Shown here: piece after piece, positions 51,340 to 55,830 of the stretch
Layout of the letters: each line of letters starts with the position of its first letter
Numbering within the stretch: the stretch's first letter is position 1
From: Octopus bimaculoides
Taxonomy: Eukaryota
Length of the DNA stretch: 55,830 nt
Assembly: GCF_001194135.2 (NCBI RefSeq)
Contig: NC_068990.1
Coordinates: forward strand, 92,329,510 to 92,385,339
Direction of reading: 5' to 3'
Program-made: the position numbers and the translations under genes
Notes under the pieces: model-generated
Told to the model about the DNA's origin: nothing
Seen by the model: only the letters and a program-made list of their open reading frames with translations
The model's database searches: none

Positions 51340-51525
51340 AAATGTCCCCCACACTCCCACCCAACCTCATTCCCCCACAAATCTGTTTTAAGCAAAGTAA
51401 AATTTTCCTGTGGCCAGACACATTTCTGCAGAATATTGGAAATGAACGACACTGCTTGTATGACAGTGATGCTCATTTACAACCACCATGAGATGTCAAA
51501 ACAAGGGAACACAAACATACACACA
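51340..51525 (-). mobile_element. RTE-type 3' end, second subfamily
   Basis: Matches 33600-33730 (ttggaaatgaacgacactgcttgtatgacagtgatgctcatttacaac). Confidence 0.7.
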
Positions 51526-51647
<122 letters not shown>

Positions 51648-52163
51648 CTCTACACTATGGATTTACTGTGAATTGTTTGATGAAAGAGAAACTAAGGAGA
51701 TGGAAATTATGTTATTATTAAGCAGAAATGTTCTCATTTATATTCAGTTTATAGAAATGTATTCCTTGAAGAATCTTAGCTTCTGTATAGCTTTATTATT
51801 TCAATTACTTGGCAGAGTATGAAAGGGATTTAAAGAAAAAAAATATAATAAATAATACAAAGAACACAAAATATTGTAAAAAAAAATATTAAAAGAAAAT
51901 TTATGAAATTAAATTTATTCAAAGGAAAATATCTCTAATATTATACCCTATATATATATATATATGGAGAGAGAGAGAGAGGTACATATATATATATATA
52001 TATATATATAGTAGCATCTTAGTTTATAATATATATATTAGAGCTTATTGCTGATTTATGACATACAATGTACAATTGGTATTAGAGTATGACAAATGTT
52101 AAGGCCTATTGTTGTATTAGAGCTTGTTGTTATTATTAGAACTAAATATGTTATTATTACAAC

Positions 52164-52550
52164 TATCATCATCATCATTATTACTATCAAGCATTGGGGT
52201 TTTTTTTTTGTTCCATGTTGTCATGAAAATTTTGTCTGCCACTAATTGTGGTCTTTCATCATCTTTTCTATGAAACCCAACATCTAGAGATTCCATATTT
52301 TCTTTGGTCTTCTGCTACCACAAATACTCTTCACTGTCAGCACATTACATCATTCTATCACCCAGCACGCATTATCCAATCACATCGCATGCCCATACCA
52401 TACTTAACCAATGTAGCCATCTCTCAGACATACACTGCTTGCCACCTTTAAAAGCCAACCACTCTCTCACCTCACCTCCACATTCATATAAGTCCACATT
52501 ATACATGCAACGTCTTATTTACATCGTTTCTCTCCAATCTCCGCAGGTTC
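52164..52550 (-). mobile_element. Strongly decayed RTE ORF-end fragment
   Basis: Minus strand RRCMYNVDLYE...VREWL...SERWLHW (cf. LRWMCNV...LRE.L...ERRLRW); CAT-rich tail. Confidence 0.45.
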
Positions 52551-53640
52551 TTATACATTCAGTCAAATAATTTTCTACCATAATATAATTTGATTTGATA
52601 TCATCATCATCATCAATTAAGATCCATATTCCATGCTGGTATGGGTAGGATGATTTGACAGGATCTGATGGATCCAAGGCTGTATGATAGTCTAATCTAT
52701 GATAGGACTGTATGAATCTATGATGGGACTGTATGATAGTCTAATATCTGGTTTGGCCATTCCTATCACTAAACACTGTACTGAGTGCTTTGTTTCAGTT
52801 GCACCAATGCTTGTGAAATCACTATGAAGCTGTATGGTTAAGAAGTTCATACAAGTACAGCACAACCGTGTGACTAGAATGTTTGTTTCCCAACCATGTG
52901 GTTTCAGGTTCAATCCCACTGCATAGCACCTTGGTGCCCTTTAACATAAATCAGAGCCTTTTGAGTGAATTTGGTAGATGGAACTAGAAGAGGAAGCCTG
53001 TTGTGTGTGTGTGTGTGTGTGTTTCACTGGAAATATTAATCTTAGAACTGAGATAATTCCAAACCATCTATGAAGCTGAATATGTAGCTTTCAATGTGAA
53101 AATCCTTACAGATTTTGGTCTATTTCTAGAAAATCCTGATTCAATATAAAGAAAACTAAAATAGTTTTCCACAGAAACAAGAATAATCCGATACTTCGTA
53201 CAACACCAGAACTGAACAAGAAAAATATTAATTCCATCTGAAAATATAAAATAACTTTAAAATGTCCATATTTGGAATAGCAGCATCTAGATTATTGAAT
53301 AGCAGGAATTTCGGATATGCTGCACATGTATGGTCTTTTAATGAGAATATCTTTAAAATCAATTGTTAATTACTGCTTTCTCTTATGGAAAGGGTGGCAG
53401 TAATGAGGGGGAGGTGTGTCAGTGGTGGTGGCGGCATTGTTGTTGTTGTAGTTGTTTAACCCCAGGTCATCTGTGATAGGGCACTCATTTATGGTCAAAG
53501 ACATACTACCCAGTCTTTTTTATATACAAAACTACACTGTCCAATTATGTTTTTAGGACAGTCTTGTGTACTTTGAGGACAATTCAGTTGCTATTTCTAC
53601 CAGATCCAATGACCACATAGAGGTTCCCTTGTTAGTTTAC

Positions 53641-54038
53641 TCTTTTATTCTTTTACTTGTTTCAGTCATTTGACTGTGGCCATGCTGGAGCACCGCCTTT
53701 AGTTGAGCAAATCGACCCCAGGACTTATTCTTTGTAAGCCTAGTACTTATTCTATCGGTCTCTTTTTGCCGAACCGCTAAGTTACAGAAATGTAAACACA
53801 CCACCATCGGTTGTCAGGCAATGTTGGGGGGACAAACATATACACACGCATACACATATATATACACATATATACGACAGGCTTCTTTCAGTTTCCATCT
53901 ACCAAATTCACTGACAAGGCTTTGATCGGCCCGAGGCTATAGTAGAAGACACTTGCCGAAGGTGCCACACAATGGGAATGAACCCGGAATCATGTGGTTG
54001 GTAAGCAAGCTACTTACCACACAACCACTCCTGCGCCT
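53641..54038 (-). mobile_element. SINE family B, full length
   Basis: Reverse complement of 40500-40878 along its whole length. Confidence 0.9.
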
Positions 54039-54204
54039 GTGTTTTTTATTTATTGACTTTGTTCTTCGATTTAGTCTCTCTAGTAGGAGACCCGTAAAGA
54101 CATGATACATTACATGTCACCCCAGTTTTTTATCAACCATTAATATCCAGTAACCTACTTCTGTCTGTTTACTAATAGAGAAACATGAATCCGTTACGCT
54201 TTAT

Positions 54205-54460
54205 GGGTTCACAGGTCATTCCCCGATTAAGACCTGTGGAACCATGGACATAGGAGTAGATGAAGAGCCATCAAGAACAGTGCAGAGGCTGCTGAAAAAG
54301 CCTCTGGACAGTTCCAATTGAAAAGAGGTGATTGTTGGTGTTAGCAGGATGCTGCTTGAACTGAAGCATCTATTTAGGTTGAGGCCCTTGAGAGAATGTG
54401 TATGTTGAAGACCCCCAAACACCCAGAAACTTCAGGATACAACAATGATGATGTAGCTAT
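54205..54460 (+). mobile_element. 3' end of a HERO-like (R2-superfamily, restriction-like endonuclease) non-LTR retrotransposon, copy 1
   Basis: GFTGHSPIKTCGTMDI, then (frameshift) RAIKNSAEAAEKASGQFQLKRGDCWC*; cf. the recalled HERO C-terminus GF.GQSL..AY..LGI.G..RRAI....EAAEKASRWLWLKRG..W. Confidence 0.7.
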
Positions 54461-54531
54461 TGATGTTGAACTTACCTTTATCTATGTATTTGCTAAAAGA
54501 GAAACCTCAATCAGGAATACTTTATGGTTTG

Positions 54532-54810
54532 GAAGTTGAGTGTTCTTAGTTGTTCCTTGAGTAAGGCCTATGAGACCTTGGATGTTACAGGAATGAGCAG
54601 AAGAACAGCTACCAATAACAATGTAGTGGCTACTGAGAAAGCATCTAGATGGCTGTGGTTGGAAATTGTTGACCGGTGGTATCAGTAGAATGCTGCTTGG
54701 ACACAGGCCTTAGCTTGATCACCCTAGGTTCAATTGCCTGAACAAGGGTGTATGTTTTGAGAACCAATACACCCAGTAACCCCAAGATACAATACTGACA
54801 ATGTGCCCAA
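54532..54810 (+). mobile_element. 3' end of a HERO-like retrotransposon, copy 2
   Basis: EVEC, then SLSKAYETLDVTGMSRRTATNNNVVATEKASRWLWLEIVDRWYQ* (stop 54686-54688); the 3' UTR is similar to that of copy 1. Confidence 0.75.
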
Positions 54811-55083
54811 GTATTACATCTCTAGCTGTATGTAGAACTAACTTCTTTCTATCTATTTACTAAAAGAGAAACATGAATTAAGACTATTTTATGGTTTGGA
54901 AGTTAACATGAAACAACTATAAATCATAAAACTCGAAGTTCAAAAAGTCGAAAATGTAAAAAAAAAAAGATCTGCAAAGAAGAAAGGAAGAAGAATTGGG
55001 TTTGAAATGCTTATTTTTAAAGAACAAAACAATTCTTATTGATAATTTATATTCAACTTTGAAATATTTTTTTCTCCTTTCAG

Positions 55084-55129
55084 AATCTAATGATACATCA
55101 CAGGGGCAAGAACAGCGTTGTTCTCTAAT
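55084..55129 (+). CDS. 46-bp coding exon (phase 1 to phase 2) following the large exon
   Basis: ttttttctcctttcAG acceptor and AT|GTAAGT donor. Only the frame that continues the phase-1 end of 49203-50130 is open (K-SNDTSQGQEQRCSL); the other two frames contain TAA. Confidence 0.8.
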
Positions 55130-55644
55130 GTAAGTCAACAATCTTTTAAGTTTAATTCCTTCAGTTTCTAGTTAACCATTAATGGAATGTATTTTCAATG
55201 TATTGATTATTTGATAAAACTAGTTCTTTATTCAACTTGCTTCTATAGTCTTTTCTTATTTTTGATTTTTCCAAGTGAAATCTTTGCCAAAATTCAAACT
55301 CCATTTGTTTTGTACAATAAATGATAACTCTCCTAAACCTGCACTTTCTTTCAACTCTACATTTCAGTTGTTATGTTCTTCGATTTTCTTCACATCGTCA
55401 CCATCATCGTCATCATTATTTATTTGTTTATTAATTTACATATGTACACTTTATCTGACATTCAAATGAACCCTTCAACATATTGCCCGACAAAGACTTT
55501 CATTGTTGTTAATCACCTGACACATCAGTGTTCTTTTGGGGGCAAGAACACAGTTTTCCCAGAGTATCTATCTTATCTTTAGAGTGTGTACTTACACTAT
55601 TTATATATATTTACTACTCTTATATATATATATATATATATATG

Positions 55645-55812
55645 TATAGGTGCAGGCATAGCTATGTGGTAAGAAGTTTGCTTCCCAACCACATGGTCCC
55701 AGGTTCAATCCACGGCATGGTATCTTGGGCAAGTGTCTTCTACTATAGCCTGAGGCTGACCAAAGCCTTGTGAGTAGGTTTGTTAGATGGAAACTGAAAG
55801 AAACTTGTCATA
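55645..55812 (+). mobile_element. SINE family B (5' part, runs to the window end)
   Basis: aggtgcaggcatagctatgtggtaagaagtttgcttcccaaccacatgg...gatggaaactgaaagaaac. Confidence 0.85.
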
Positions 55813-55830
55813 TACATATATATATATATA

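Overview
This is AT-rich, repeat-dense eukaryotic (animal) genomic DNA with several N-gaps. It is most likely from an octopus or other coleoid cephalopod; that is inferred from my recollection of the SINE/RTE repeat families and was not verified. There are no prokaryotic features and no CRISPR array. One + strand protein-coding gene is well supported at the right end: a 928-bp exon (49203-50130) encoding a Ser/Thr/Lys/Asn-rich, probably disordered region, and a phase-compatible 46-bp exon (55084-55129), with the gene continuing beyond the window. Two candidate upstream start exons (ATGGAG|GTGAGT at 4431-4436 and ...ATG|GTATGT at 14462-14530), plus a CpG-richer zone at about 2.4-7.5 kb, suggest most of the window is one or two very large introns. 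The rest is microsatellites, at least three tRNA-derived SINE families, many RTE-clade LINE fragments, a Penelope-like remnant, tandem HERO-like 3' ends, and decayed mariner/Tc1, Tigger/pogo, hAT-like and piggyBac-like elements. The most notable structures are a TSD-flanked retroposon combining a tRNA-like head with a degenerate hammerhead-ribozyme-like motif, a 214-bp inverted pair of mariner 3' ends bracketing a candidate exon, and a 190-bp near-perfect foldback. Nearly all ORFs in the supplied track are microsatellite or gap artefacts. Repeat boundaries are approximate, and all alignments were done by eye.
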